This document shows positions 23,319-35,972 of a stretch of DNA of 64,000 nucleotides, in pieces. The notes beneath the pieces were generated by a model. That model was not told where the DNA came from and did no database searches. It worked only from the letters and a program-made list of their open reading frames with translations. Positions within the stretch are counted from its first letter, which is position 1. Each line of letters starts with the position of its first letter. Position numbers and translations under genes: made by a program. The stretch lies in assembly GCF_963921235.1 (NCBI RefSeq), contig NC_086101.1, forward strand, positions 11,534,001-11,598,000, given 5' to 3'. The stretch is from Mobula hypostoma (taxonomy: Eukaryota).

Positions 23319-25605
23319 CATAATATGGTGGAATTCTTCATTAAGATGGAGAGTGACATAGTTAATTCAGAAACAAAGGTTCTGAACTTAAAGAGGGGTA
23401 ACTTTGAAGGTATGAGACGTGAATTAGCTAAGATAGACTGGCAAATGACACTTAAAGGATTGACGGTGGATATGCAATGGCAAGCATTTAAAGGTTGCAT
23501 GGATGAACTACAACAATTGTTCATCCCAGTTTGGCAAAAGAATAAATCAAGGAAGGTAGTGCACCCGTGGCTGACAAGAGAAATTAGGGATAGTATCAAT
23601 TCCAAAGAAGAAGCATACAAATTAGCCAGAGAAAGTGGCTCACCTGAGGACTGGGAGAAATTCAGAGTTCAGCAGAGGAGGACAAAGGGCTTAATTAGGA
23701 AGGGGAAAAAAGATTATGAGAGAAAACTGGCAGGGAACATAAACTGACTGTAAAAGCTTTTATAGATATGTAAAAAGGAAAAGACTGGTAAAGACAAATG
23801 TAGGTCCCCTGCAGACAGAAACAGGTGAATTGATTATGGGGAGCAAGGACATGGCAGACCAATTGAATAATTACTTTGGTTCTGTCTTCACTAAGGAGGA
23901 CATAAATAATCTTTCAGAAATAGTAGGGGACAGAGGGTCCAGTGAGATGGAGGAACTGAGCGAAATACATGTTAGTAGGGAAGTGGTGTTAGGTAAATTG
24001 AAGGGATTGAAGGCAGATAAATCCCCAGGGCCAGATGGTCTGCATCCTAGAGTGCTTAAGGAAGTAGCCCAAGAAATAGTGGATGCATTAGTAATAATTT
24101 TTCAAAACTCGATAGATTCTGGACTAGTTCCTGAGGATTGGAGGGTGGCTAATGTAACCCCACTTTTTAAAAAAGGAGGGAGAGAGAAACCGGGGAATTA
24201 TAGACCGGTTAGCCTAACGTCGGTGGTGGGGAAACTGCTGGAGTCAGTTATCAAGGATGTGATAACAGCACATTTGGAAAGCGGTGAAATGATCGGACAA
24301 AGTCAGCATGGATTTGTGAAAGGAAAATCATGTCTGACGAATCTCATAGAATTTTTTGAGTATGTAACTGGTAGAGTGGATAGGGGAGAACCAGTGGATG
24401 TGGTATATTTGGATTTTCAAAAGGTTTTTGACAAGGTCCCACACAGGAGATTAGTGTGCAAACTTAAAGCACACGGTATTGGGGGTAAGGTACTGGTGTG
24501 GGTGGAGAATTGGTTAGCAGACAGGAAGCAAAGAGTGGGAATAAACGGGACCTTTTCAGAATGGCAGGCGGTGACTAGTGGGGTACCGCAAGGCTCAGTG
24601 CTGGGACCCCAGTTGTTTACAATATATATTAATGACTTGGATGAGGGAATTAAATGCAGCATCTCCAAGTTTGCGGATGACACGAAGCTGGGTGGCAGTG
24701 TTAGCTGTGAGGAGGATGCTAAGAGGATGCAGGGTGACTTGGATAGGTTGGGTGAGTGGGCAAATTCATGGCAGATGCAATTTAATGTGGATAAATGTGA
24801 AGTTATCCACTTTGGTGGCAAAAATAGGAAAACAGATTATTATCTGAATGGTGGACGATTAGGAAAAGGGGAGGTGCAACGAGACCTGGGTGTCATTATA
24901 CACCAGTCATTGAAAGTTGGCATGCAGGTATAGCAGGCGGTGAAAAAGGCGAATGGTATGCTGGCATTTATAGCAAGAGGATTCGAGTACAGGAGCAGGG
25001 AGGTACTACTGCAGTTGTACAAGGCCTTGGTGAGACCACACCTGGAGTATTGTGTGCAGTTTTGGTCCCCTAATCTGAGGAAAGACATCCTTGCCATAGA
25101 GGGAGTACAAAGAAGGTTCACCAGATTGATTCCTGGGATGGCAGGACTTTCATATGAAGAAAGACTGGATGAACTGGGCTTGTACTCGTTGGAATTTAGA
25201 AGATTGAGGGGGCATCTGATTGAAACGTATAAGATCCTAAAGGGATTGGACAGGCTAGATGCAGGAAGATTGTTCCCGATGTTGGGGAAGTCCAGAACGA
25301 GGGGCCACAGTTTGAGGATAGAGGGGAAGCCTTTTAGGACTGAGATTAGGAAAAACTTCTTCACACAGAGCATGGTGAATCTGTGGAATTGTCTGCCACA
25401 GGAAACAGTTGAGCACAGTTCATTGGCTATATTTAAGAGGGAGTTAGATATGGCCCTTGTGGCTACGGGGGTCAGGGGGTATGGAGGGAAGGCTGGGGCG
25501 GGGTTCTGAGTTGGAGGATCAGCCATGATCATAATAAATGGCGGTGCAGGCTCGAAGGGCCGAATGGCCTACTCCTGCACCTATTTTCTATGTTTCTATG
25601 TTTCT
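23319..25605 (+). mobile_element. Young 5'-truncated CR1 (copy B), near-identical to 5866-8218
   Basis: ORFs of 146, 367 and 189 aa, separated by a 2-nt deletion near 23743 and TAG at 24931; inserted at Dong GYE|TYKYLG. Confidence 0.95.
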
Positions 25606-26375
25606 ATATAAATATCTGGGATATTAACATACAAAGAAAATAGGTTATAGTGTGATAAAGGAAAGACGTTTGATAGAATTTACTCCAAGGCTTAAGAAAA
25701 TCTTTCAAACAGAGCTCAACAATATAACAAAGGAGATAAACACATGCGATAAACTCATATTAAAGTGTTCTTTCGGCATAACCGATCTGGAAAGCTTACA
25801 AAGAAAAGTAAGAACTGAAATGGTAAATTTCAGAAAACATCATGTATACTTGAACACGCTTAGATTAGGTATCTTGAACAGAAAGAGGAAGAGGAGAATA
25901 CTCAATACTCAGACAAAACTTATAAGGATATATTTTCATCAACCAAAACAGGATTCAGCACTCCATGTGAGCACATGCAAATCCAATAAGACGTACACAC
26001 CACTAAACTCAAATGAGAGCACAACCCAGAAAAATGAAGAAATTATCACTATTATATTATGTTAAGGTTAATCAATGGAAGATCATGACTATCCATGGAA
26101 GACAGCCCCATGATCTGAGCAGACTAGATGTCGTTGAGGAAGCGTCGAACGCCTGGCTCAGAGTTGAAGTCTCTTCCCATGGTACATGGAGCTGAGAAAA
26201 ATGGAGGGCTATGGGTAACCCTAGGTAATTTCTAAGGTAAGGACGTGTTCGGCACAGCTTTGTGGACCTGTATTCTGCTGTTGGTTTTCTATGTTTCTCA
26301 GAAACAGAAGGTTCCTTGTGGCAATACAGGACCAGGTGGTTTACACACGCACAAAAAAAAATCAAAAATACATAA

Positions 26376-29300
26376 AATACAAAAATAAATTAGTGGCGGA
26401 CCAATCGATTTGAAGAGAGAGGGTGAGAAAAGGTTTTTAAAATGGAGCATTTCATGGGGCTTGGCACATTAGTGACAGACCAAGCAATTCGTAGAGAAAG
26501 AGAGTTTAGCACAGGTTGATAAAGTTTAAGGGAATTGGGGATTTAAGGATTCCTGTAAATAACGGTTAAGGTTGATTCTGTGTATTCTGGTTTGAGAATG
26601 TTTGAACAGCTGTTGTCTCCTGACTTTTCACACCTTTTGGTTTCATGTTTAAATTTCAACTTTGGGTTAAGTACCCACTATGTCTGTAACTGCAGTATGT
26701 TTGAATAATGTCTCGGTTTAAAGCTCACACAGCCTCACAAAAGACATCTCCTAGTTTTCACACATTTTGGTTTCGACAAAAGGTGGCAGCTGATGGAGAT
26801 AAGGTAGGAAATTCCTTTCATAATTTTGGTAGAGTCTCTTATCTAAATTATTAAATTCTGCTCTATTTGAGTAGCTGGAATATCCATTGATCTGGCTGTT
26901 CTTTTGATTAGATTAGATTAGATTAGATTCAACTTTATTGTCATTGTGCCGAGTACAGATACAAAGCCAATGAAATGCATTTAGCATCTGACCAGAAATG
27001 CAAAGAATAGTGTTATTTACAAAATAACTGCGAATAAAAGAAGTGCTACAGCACGCAAATATAAAAGTACTGAGATAGTACAATATGGATGCAATACTGC
27101 TTAGTGCTATGATGAGAGGTTCAGCAGTGTCACAGCCTCAGGGAAGAAGCTCTTCTTGTGCCTGCTTGTACTGAGATGTTAAAAGATCAATTTGTCCAGC
27201 TGACATGTAAATGCTGAGTCTCATATGTAGGATGTGACAAATCTAATTATACTATGTTCTCTGTTACCTCTGCCTGATGTGATTAAGTATTCTTTGTCAA
27301 GTACGTTTACCTCCGTTTTAGGTGATTAAGTGGCCTTTGTCTCAGACTATCACTGTTGCTAGGCTTTCGTGACAAAGATAGTATTAAAAAACTCTGTACC
27401 TCTGTGCTTAGACAGAGAGTCTTCGAGTGGCCGATTCTCTGTGAGTGCAGATGGAAGGTTCTCTCTCGTAGCTTGCTAATAAGAAAGGTGGAAAAGAATC
27501 AACTGTGGTACTTGTTTCATTACGTCAGGTTGATCACCGTTGACAAGGTCGGAGAGAAAAATTTTAAAAAGGAGCGTTTCGTGGGGCCCGACGCATTAGA
27601 ATAGTGGGTATGACTGTAAGGACAGTTTTTGGTTCTGGGTGTGAGACGTGGGATGTCCGGGAGAATTCCAGCCTCCCTGACGGCCACATCTGCGCCAGGT
27701 GCATCGAGCTGCAGCTCCTTAGAGACCCAGTTAGGGAACTAGAGCTGTAGCCTGATGACCTTCAGCTTGAGAGTGAGGAGCTGATGGGAGATACAGGCAG
27801 GTACACATCAGGGCCACAGGAGACAAAGAAGTGAGTGACCGTCAGGAGAGGGAAGGGAGGGCATCAGGTAAGTGCAGAGCAGCCCTGTGGCTGTCTCCCT
27901 TAACAATAAGTACTCCATTTTGAGTGCTGTTGGGGGAGACGATCTACCTGGGGAAGCATCAGTGGCCATGCCTCTGGCCCTGAGACTGGCCCTGTGGCTC
28001 AAAAGGGTGGGGGATGGAAGAGGAGGGCATCGGTAAAAGGGGACTCTATAGTTAGGGGGATAGATAGACGATTCTGTGGATGCGAAAAAGAAACAAGGGC
28101 GATATTTTGCCTCCCAGGTGCCAGGGTTCGTGATGTTTCTGAGTGCGTCCACAATATCCTGAAATGTGAGGGTGGTACCATACTGGTACCAACGACATAG
28201 GTAGAAAAAGGGTGGCGGTCCTGAAAGCAGAATACAGAGAGTTAGGAAGGAAGCTGAGAAGCAGGACTTCAAAGGTAGTAATCTTGGAATTGCTGCCTGT
28301 GCCACGTGACAGTGAGTATAGGAATCAAGTGAGGTGGGAGGATAAATGCGTGGCTGAAGGATTGGAGCAGGGGGCAGGGATTCCGATTTTTGGATCATTG
28401 GGACCTCTTCTGGGGCAGGTGTGACCTGTACAAAAAGGATGTGTTGCACTTGAATCCTGGCGGGGAGGTTTGTTAATGCTATTGGGGAGGGTTTAAATGA
28501 GGTTTGCAGGGGAGTGGGAACTGAAACGAAGAAGTAGAGGATGGGGAGGTTGGAGCACAAGTACAGACAGCTTGTTGGGAGTTTGAGGAAGGATGGGCAG
28601 ATGTTAGAGCAAAGATGCACTCAGCCTGAAGGTTTGAGATGTGTCTATTTTAATGCAAGAAGTGCCATAAACAAAGTGCACAGGTATGTTCTACCGAGGC
28701 AGGGAAAGGATGGTAGAGTTAAAGAGCCACGGTACACAGGTATGTAGAAGAAAAGAAAAGCTTAAAAAAGGTTCAAGAAACTAGGTACTGTTAGAGCTCT
28801 AGAAAATTACAAGGTTGCTAAAAGGAGCTTAAGGATGGAATTAGGACAAGAAGAAGGGGCTATGAGAAGGCCTTGGCGGGCAGGATTAAGGAAAACTCCG
28901 AGGCATTCTACAAGTATGTGAAGAGCAAGAGGATGAGCCGTGTGAGAATAGGACCAATCAGGAGTGAGAGTGGAATCACGTGCATGGAGCCAGAGGAGAT
29001 AGCGTAGGTACTTAATGAATACTTTGCTTCAGTATTCACGAAGGAAAACGACCTTCCCAATTGTGGGGGTGGCTTACAGCAGACTGAAATGCTTGAGCAT
29101 ATAGACATTGAGAAAGAGGATGTGCTGCAGCTTTTGAAAAGCATCAAGTTGGATAAGTCACTGGGACCGGATGAGATATACCCCAGTCTACTGTGGGAAG
29201 CAAGGGAGGAGATTGCTGATCCTCTTGCAATGATCTTTGAGTCATCAATAGGTACGGGAGAAGTACCGGAGGATTGGAGGGTTGCAAATGTTGTTCCCTT

Positions 29301-30657
29301 GTTCAAGAATGGGAGTAAAGGTAATCCAGGAAATTATAGTCCAGTGAGTCTTACTTCAGTGGTGGGCAAGTCGTTGGAGACAATCTTGAGAGGCAGGATT
29401 TATGAGCATTTGGAGAGGCATAATCTGATCAGTATGGCTTTGTCAAGGCCAGGCCGTGCCTTACGAGCCTGATTGAATTCTTTGAGGATGTGACAAAACA
29501 CTGATGGGGGTAGAGCAGTGGATGTAGTATATATGAATTTCATTAAGGCATTTGATAAGGTTCCCCATGCACGGCTTCTTCAGAAAGTAAGGAGGCATGG
29601 GATCCAAGGGGACATTGCTTTGTGGATCCAGAATTGGCTTGCCCACAGAAGGCAAAGGGTGGTTGTAGATGGTTTGTATTCTGCATGGAGGTCGATGACC
29701 AGTGGTGTTCTGCAGTGAACTGCTCTGGGCCCCCTCCTCTTTCTGATTCTTATAAATGACCTGGATGAAGAAGTAGAAGGGTGGATTAGTAAGTTTGATG
29801 ATGACACAAAGGTTGGGGGTGTTGTAGATAGTCTGGAGGGTTAATGGTTACAGCGAGACATCAATAGGATGCAGAACTGGGCTGAGAAGTGGCGGATGGA
29901 CTTCAACCCAGATAAGTTTGAAGTGGTTCATTTTGGTAGGTCAAATATGATGGCAGAATATAGTATTAATGGTAAAACTCTTGGCATGTGGAGGATCTGA
30001 GAGATCTTGGGGTCCATGTCAATAGGACACTCAAAATTGCTGCTGTTGTGTTGTTAAGAAGGTGTATGGTGTATTGGCATTCATCAACTGTGGGATTGAG
30101 TTCAAGAGCCGTGAGGTAATGTTACAGCCATATCAGACCTTGGTCAGACCCCACTTGGAGTATTGTGTTCTGTTCTGGTCACCTCACTACAGGAAGGATG
30201 TGGATACTATAGAGAGAGTGCAGGGGAGATTTACAAGGATGTTGCCTGGATTGCAGGGCATACCTTATGAAAATAGGTTGAGTGTACTTGACCTTTTCTC
30301 CTTGGAGCAATGGAGGACGAGAGGTGACCTGATAGAGGTGTATAAGATGATTGATCGTGTGGTTAGCCAGAGACTTTTTCCCAGTGAAATGGCTAACATA
30401 AGGGAGTATAATTTTAAGGGGCTTGGAAGTAGGTACAGAGGGGATTTCAGGGGTAAGTTTTTCACACAGGGGTGCGTGGAATGCACTGCCGGTGGTAGTG
30501 GTGGAAGCGGATACAACAGGGTCTTTTAAGAGTAGATGGAACATAGAAAAATAGAGGGCTATGCCCCAGGAAAATTCTGGGCAGTCTGTAGAGTAGGTTA
30601 AGTGGTCAGCACAACATTGTGGGCCGAAAGGCCTGTGATGTGCTGCAAATTTCTATG
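26376..30657 (+). mobile_element. Old near-full-length CR1 (5' UTR, ORF1, partly deleted ORF2)
   Basis: VKGDSIVRGIDRRFCG...CLPGARV (SGNH esterase-type ORF1), LRCVYFNARS, GEVPEDWRVANV, LVRPHLEYC, 3' tail. Confidence 0.85.
26517..27545. mobile_element. Possible solo LTR in the CR1 5' UTR; contains an antisense LINE tail with (gatta)n at about 26906-27170
   Basis: TG...CA ends with candidate 4-bp TSD aggt (26513-26516, 27546-27549). Confidence 0.45.
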
Positions 30658-31003
30658 TATAATAAGAGACCAACAAGTTCAGGATGATAAATGCAGAAAA
30701 TGCAAAGAGAAAGCAAAAACGTTCCAACACATTACAGAAACAAGCTGAATTAAAAGAAGAAAGGAAAGGCTTTGGAACTTGAACAGGGTGTACATTATCC
30801 AGAGAGTAATATCTACAACTGGTATCATCCTAATGGTACTACACAATAGCATTAAACAATTAGGACTAAACAGCAATATCTACGTAAATCTTCAGAAAGC
30901 CACAATACTAAACACCACTAGAATAATCCGGAAGTTCCCAGCAATTGATAAATGAATGTGTTTGGCTGTGTCGGTAACTCAGGTTTTACCAGTTTGAACT
31001 GGG

Positions 31004-31004
<1 letters not shown>

Positions 31005-31051
<47 letters not shown>
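31005..31051 (+). repeat. (TAA)n microsatellite, tail or target of the Dong/R4 element
   Basis: About 15 perfect aat units directly after the element 3' UTR. Confidence 0.95.
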
Positions 31052-31052
<1 letters not shown>

Positions 31053-31485
31053 TTTAAGGGGTTTTCTGTCCACTATCAGAGGCGACCCCAGGTGGCGGAT
31101 TGAGAAAATCTCAACAGATATGCAGGGCAGGTGAGAAATAAAATACCACCGGCGGACCAAAACAGAATCAAATCCAACCACGTCTGTACCCAGACTGGGC
31201 AGTGCTCTGGTCAGCGTCTGTTCTTCAAGTTAGGGGCCGCTGCAACCAAATCCTGGCTGTAGCTATAAACAGCTGTATCCTTTCCTTGCCCCCGGGTAAC
31301 TCTCCTGACTGGCTAATACATCGGCCGTTTCTTCGCCGTCGCAGCGAGTAAATCTCGGAATCCAGCAGCATTATGGGGGTTTCTTCACTACACGAACAGT
31401 AATGTTTCAAGACATTTTCAAAGAGCAAGCAATAAATATAGCAAACGAACTAAAATAAATTACTGTATTCTCCTTGTTCCATCTT

Positions 31486-31686
31486 AGTACGTTCTCCCCA
31501 TCACCGCGTGGGTTTCCTCCGGGTGCTCCGGTTTCTTCCCACAATCCAAAGATTTACCGGTTAGTAGGGTAATTGGTCATTGGAAAAATTCACGTTATTA
31601 GGCTACGATTAAATACAGGGATTGCTGGGTGGCGTTACTCGAAGGGCAGGAAGGGCTAATTCTGCGCTGTATCTCAATAAATAAAT
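31486..31686 (+). mobile_element. 5'-truncated V-SINE
   Basis: gtacgttctcccc...gggtttcctccgggtgctccggtttc...aataaataaat. Confidence 0.8.
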
Positions 31687-31795
31687 ATTTTAAAAGAATT
31701 GTAATGATTCTTTCTCTTTTCACCTTGCACTCACGTTTCCAACTGCCGTTCAGCATGTTGTTCAGTGGAAGCGCACAGATTATTTAACAGGCAAT

Positions 31796-31828
31796 CAGCG
31801 CCATCTATTGTCTGAAAGCGGCGCTGCA
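31796..31828 (-). promoter_or_regulatory. Candidate CTCF site with upstream module
   Basis: Minus strand TGCAGCGCC-gcttt-cagACAATAGATGGCGCTG. Confidence 0.5.
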
Positions 31829-32083
31829 ATGTACTACATTTTTCGTATTAATGTAGGACCGACGGCGCCTATAAAAGTCAAAGTCAAGTTTATTGTTGGG
31901 TCCACATGACGCATAAATGCAACGAAAAACAAAATCACAGGCACTTAGCTATAAGTATAACAACACACACAATAAACAATATAAATTAAAAGTAAATTAA
32001 GTATTTTTGCAAGGAGGAACGTTAATAAATTATTTGAAAGGGCCATTTTAGTGCACAGTAGTCACTGTGTTGCTGCTAAACTG

Positions 32084-33290
32084 CAGTCGGCGTTTCCAGC
32101 CGAGAACCTTCTTCAGGACTGAAAAGGAAGGGGGAAGACGCTGAGATAAAAGGTGGGGGAAGGGGAAATAGGCAAATCCAGATGGGTGGGAAAGATAAAG
32201 GGCTGGAGAAGAAGGATTCTGAAAGGAAAGGAGATCCCTACCATAGGGCACAAGGCATCTCCTCGCAGCTTCTATCAGGCCGGAGGTACAGAGGTCTGAA
32301 GTCCCACTCCAATCCCCCTCCTTGAAGCAATGGGAAAAAAAACAATCATCTTTCCCGACGCCAACTTTCACGGAACTGCCAGCACCCTGCCTTCTGCTCT
32401 CCTCATCAGAAATTCCTCCTCTAACCTAGTCGATAGGACACTCAACATATTTCTTCTCCTTTCCCCTCGTCTGCTTACCAAAAACAAAAGACGGCGTTTC
32501 CCCATCTCCACTTCTCACTCCACCCCTGCTTCCACATTCGAGACTTCGTTCCACTCTCCCGGAGCTCCTGATCCTACGCGCATCTTTTCTGGCGCCACTT
32601 TCCGTATCCCTGCAAGCGGTCAAGTGCCACACCTGCCCATACACCTGCCTCACCTTCATTCAAAGCCCAAACAGTCCTTTCAGGTGAGACAGCACTTCAC
32701 CTAAGAATCAGCTGGGGCTCCCGATTCGGCCTTATCTGCATTAGTGAGACCCGTCGTCAACCGGGGGTCCGCTTGGTCTAGTAACGCCGCAAGAGGAATT
32801 TCCCGGTGGCGGCCAAGCATTGTTATTCCGTTTCCCATTCCGACATGTCGGGCCATGGCCTCCTCTTGTGCCTGGCCACCGTCAGGCCAGAGGAACAACA
32901 CCTTATATTCCATCAGGGTAGCATCTAACCTGATGACATGAATATCGATTTCCCCTTCCGGTAAATACATTCCCCTGCCTGCTTCCCCTATTCTCTACTC
33001 TGACCTTTTACCTCTTCTCGCCTGCCTATCACCTCCCCCTGCCCCCCCCCACCCAGTCCCCTCCTTCTCTTTCTGTTGTGGTCCACTCTCCTCTCTTATC
33101 CAATTTCTTCTGCAGCCATTTACCTTCCCCACCCACCTGTCTTCTCCTATCACCTTCCAGCCATCCTCCCAGCTTTTTATTCTGGCGTCTTCCCTCGTTC
33201 TTCTAAGTCCTGAAGAAACGTCGACTGATCGTTTCCACAGACGCTGCCTGACCTGCTGAGTTCCTCCAGATTTTTGTGTGCGTTGCTTTC
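32084..33290 (+). mobile_element. Penelope-like element remnant: GIY-YIG C-terminus with inverted terminal repeat and hammerhead motifs
   Basis: PKQSFQVRQHFT and EEQHLIFHQGSI*PDDMNIDF; 32084-32240 is the reverse complement of about 33070-33227. Confidence 0.85.
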
Positions 33291-33302
33291 CATACCAGTG
33301 CC

Positions 33303-33752
33303 TCAGGTATATTTTCTCTTTACTTGCCCCTTATCCAGCCCCTGCTCCATAACACAATCTAACAAAGTTGAGAGAAAACTCATCAAATCTCTTCTACTCC
33401 GCTCTCTCTCACTCTCTGAAGACAAGCTTCCTTCCTCTCCATCTTCCGCCCCATCTGCCTCACCATTAGGTAGATAGCCATCTGTAATTTCTGATATATC
33501 TATTGTTCCCAACTCACAATGAAATTCATGGCCGGCCCCAAAGGGAATCCTCTGACTGCCATGCACTAGCACATTGCCGTCTCCTCCTGCAACTGCTCCC
33601 TTTCTGAAAGTACCGCCCCATGCACCGGCAGGGGATGCCACGCCTGCATTTTTACCTCCTTCTTCCCCACCATCCAGAAAAGGCCACACACTCAGTCTGG
33701 GTGAAGCAGTGGTGGCGCGCACCTCACCCACATTCGTTACTGCCCTCAACAC
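33303..33752 (-). other. 149-aa ORF, possibly a decayed L1/Tx1 ORF1 C-terminus
   Basis: Low-complexity acidic stretch followed by RRDLMSFLSTLL; resemblance from memory only. Confidence 0.25.
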
Positions 33753-34566
33753 TCACAGTGACGCCTGCTCAACGTGGGGATACCAGTCGGCGAGTGCGTT
33801 CGCCGTTTGCAGACTACTTCCATCTGCCGCCGCTTTAATTCCACAATCCCCTCCCAAACTGAATTCTGCCCCTGGCTTTCTGCCCTTCTGCAACGAAACC
33901 CAGCAAGGCTCGTTCCCTTTCTTCTGTTAAGTTTCCAATTCTGTTCCTCCCTCCATACTTGCCTCTGTCACAGTCGCCTTCTCCACTGACCTGCAGCTAA
34001 CACTGCCAAAGTGCTTCATTCACACTCGCCTGGACTTCTCCCAATCACTGAGCACGCCGCTGCTGCTTTGCAACCCCTACTACTTCATCTAAACATTTAA
34101 AATTTCTAACTCTTCCCAGTTATAATTTAACTGAAACGTCAAATCTATCTCTTCCACGGAGTCGAATTAAGACCCTTGATGCTGACAATGGTAGACAATT
34201 GATCGGGGGAGCTTAGGACCCGGGGAAGCCGAGGTGTTCAGGACCCGCCACCCACGGTTTATCATGAAGCCGCTGAGCCCTCAGAAAGGCCAATTGTTTC
34301 AGTCTTGATATTTTCACAACGTATTTCTGTTCCGTTGACGGCTGTAGTTAACGCGTTCCTATTAATTTTGAATATTAATTCTACTTTAATGTACTACGCA
34401 CATATTTATTTTTCCACCGATTTTTATTTACAGTCTCATTGGAGATTTACAATTGCTGAATTTCATGATTAAATGCGACCGATACATCTCCAACCATTGT
34501 CGGCGGAGTATCTACCCCTCAGCCCCTGGGCACCGCTCCTGACGCCGGTCTCCGAACCCAACCCAC

Positions 34567-35096
34567 TTACAGACCTGGAGTGGAACCGGGGCAGATTCTC
34601 AGCCAGTTTTCATCCCCGGTCCAAAAAAAAGGATAAAGTTTTTCCGTGAATTTATTCCCAGAGTAAGTGTGGAGATGGGACTTGGTCTCCGCGTTGTAAA
34701 ATGAAACTGTCCCGGACTCGTAACTGAGATAAACTCCCACCCTCCCGGGGATGGGACCGGCAGGGAAACGGGATGGGGGTGAGGTGGGAATATAAAACCC
34801 TTCACGCCCTCTCCAGATAATCCAGAATCCTTTCTCAGTCATCAGCTTGATGTCTCCTTTCCTCTCCACAGACTCTGCGGCGACTCCCAGCCCCCAGTGC
34901 TGACACTCTGCCGCATCCACCTCCCAGTAATGCCTGCCCGATGTGAATCCGTCCGATCCCAGCACGTAAGACCGACTTGTAAACCTCTTTCCGGTGTCAG
35001 GGAGATCCCTCCGATACCCGGTCCATCGCACACTCTTTAAATCTGGGAGTACTTCAAGCTTCGGACCGGCCGTTTCCACATCCAGGGTCACAGAAA
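34567..35096 (-). CDS. TRIM-B exon 6, PRY-SPRY (530 nt with stop)
   Basis: ctccAG|VSVTLDVETAGPKLEV...GRHYWEV...LYPFFW...PGL*; AATAAA at 34423-34428 and 34405-34410. Confidence 0.93.
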
Positions 35097-35856
35097 CTGG
35101 AGGGGGAGGGGGAGTGGGGGAGAGGCACACAATTAGAGAATTCATAGAGATCGGATTAGGAGGGGCGGCGAAGGAGATTCGGATAGCGCGGCTTGTCTCA
35201 TAACAAACACCTTGGAAATTACGGAGAAGGCACGAATGGGAAAGGATTTGGCATGGATCCATTGCCAGTGTTTTGTTTCGATGGGATCTTTCGAAGACAA
35301 GGGGGTGAAAGAGACAGGGAGAAAATCTGAATTTGTGTACTGACAGGCATTAGTCATCTGTCTGTGTCAACGTCTTCGTGTCTGTCTGTGAGCCTGGTCT
35401 GCAGTCATCTCGAACCACCAGCTTACACTGGGCCAAGACCGGGCGCTGTTAACTCTGTGTGGTAGTTGGTACTCAAAAGGCAGCCCACATAAAATAAGAT
35501 GACACGCAGCTTTCTTCCACTAACAGACTAAAAATTATCTCAATTAAATTAATTAATTCAATTGATTTGCTCTGATTCGCAGCCCTCCCTTGGGGAATTT
35601 TCGAACTGTGGGTTGTTTCAGGATGCAGTGTTTCATCCAGCAGTGATGTATTGGTTGTGCTGTGCCCCTGTGTTGATGTGTTCAATAGTCCGACATCTCC
35701 AGCTGACCATGTGACAGTGATGCCTCCCAGAAGGTGGGGTTGGTGCTGGAATAAAGTAGCAGTTCCTCTTCAGCCCGAATTCTGCCAAGTTTTGAATCTA
35801 ATTAATACTTTAAGTTGCCTAATCAACAAGGACAAATGTTCCTGTAGAAATCCTAC

Positions 35857-35972
35857 CTTGCTTAATTCCATCAGCCAATGCTCTCCACGCTGTGTACAAT
35901 AAGGGATGATCGAAATTTTCAAACGAAAGGGCATCTTCTGACACAAACACTGGTTCGAATTTGTGGCCAATC
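35857..35972 (-). CDS. TRIM-B exon 5 (116 nt)
   Basis: ttgcAG|(R)IGHKFEPVFVSEDALSFENFDHPLLYTAWRALADGIKQ|GTagga. Confidence 0.87.

Larger units (their letters stand above)
22118..31051 (+). mobile_element. Dong/R4-clade (RLE) non-LTR element, fragmented by nested insertions
   Basis: PEFLTEGKTYLLPK, GDSLSSLWF, HLLYVDDLKLYA, FGPDKC (22520-23230); YKYLG (25607); AIQDQV (about 26320); DKCRKCKE and LQKATILNTTRIIRKF (30685-30940); (TAA)n tail. Confidence 0.82.

Noticed and set aside
30918..31181. Poly-Ile ORFs on both strands
   Set aside because: Translation of the (TAA)n microsatellite.
35097..35262. N-terminal extensions of the SPRY ORFs (also 61547-61652)
   Set aside because: Intronic polypyrimidine tract upstream of the AG acceptor.
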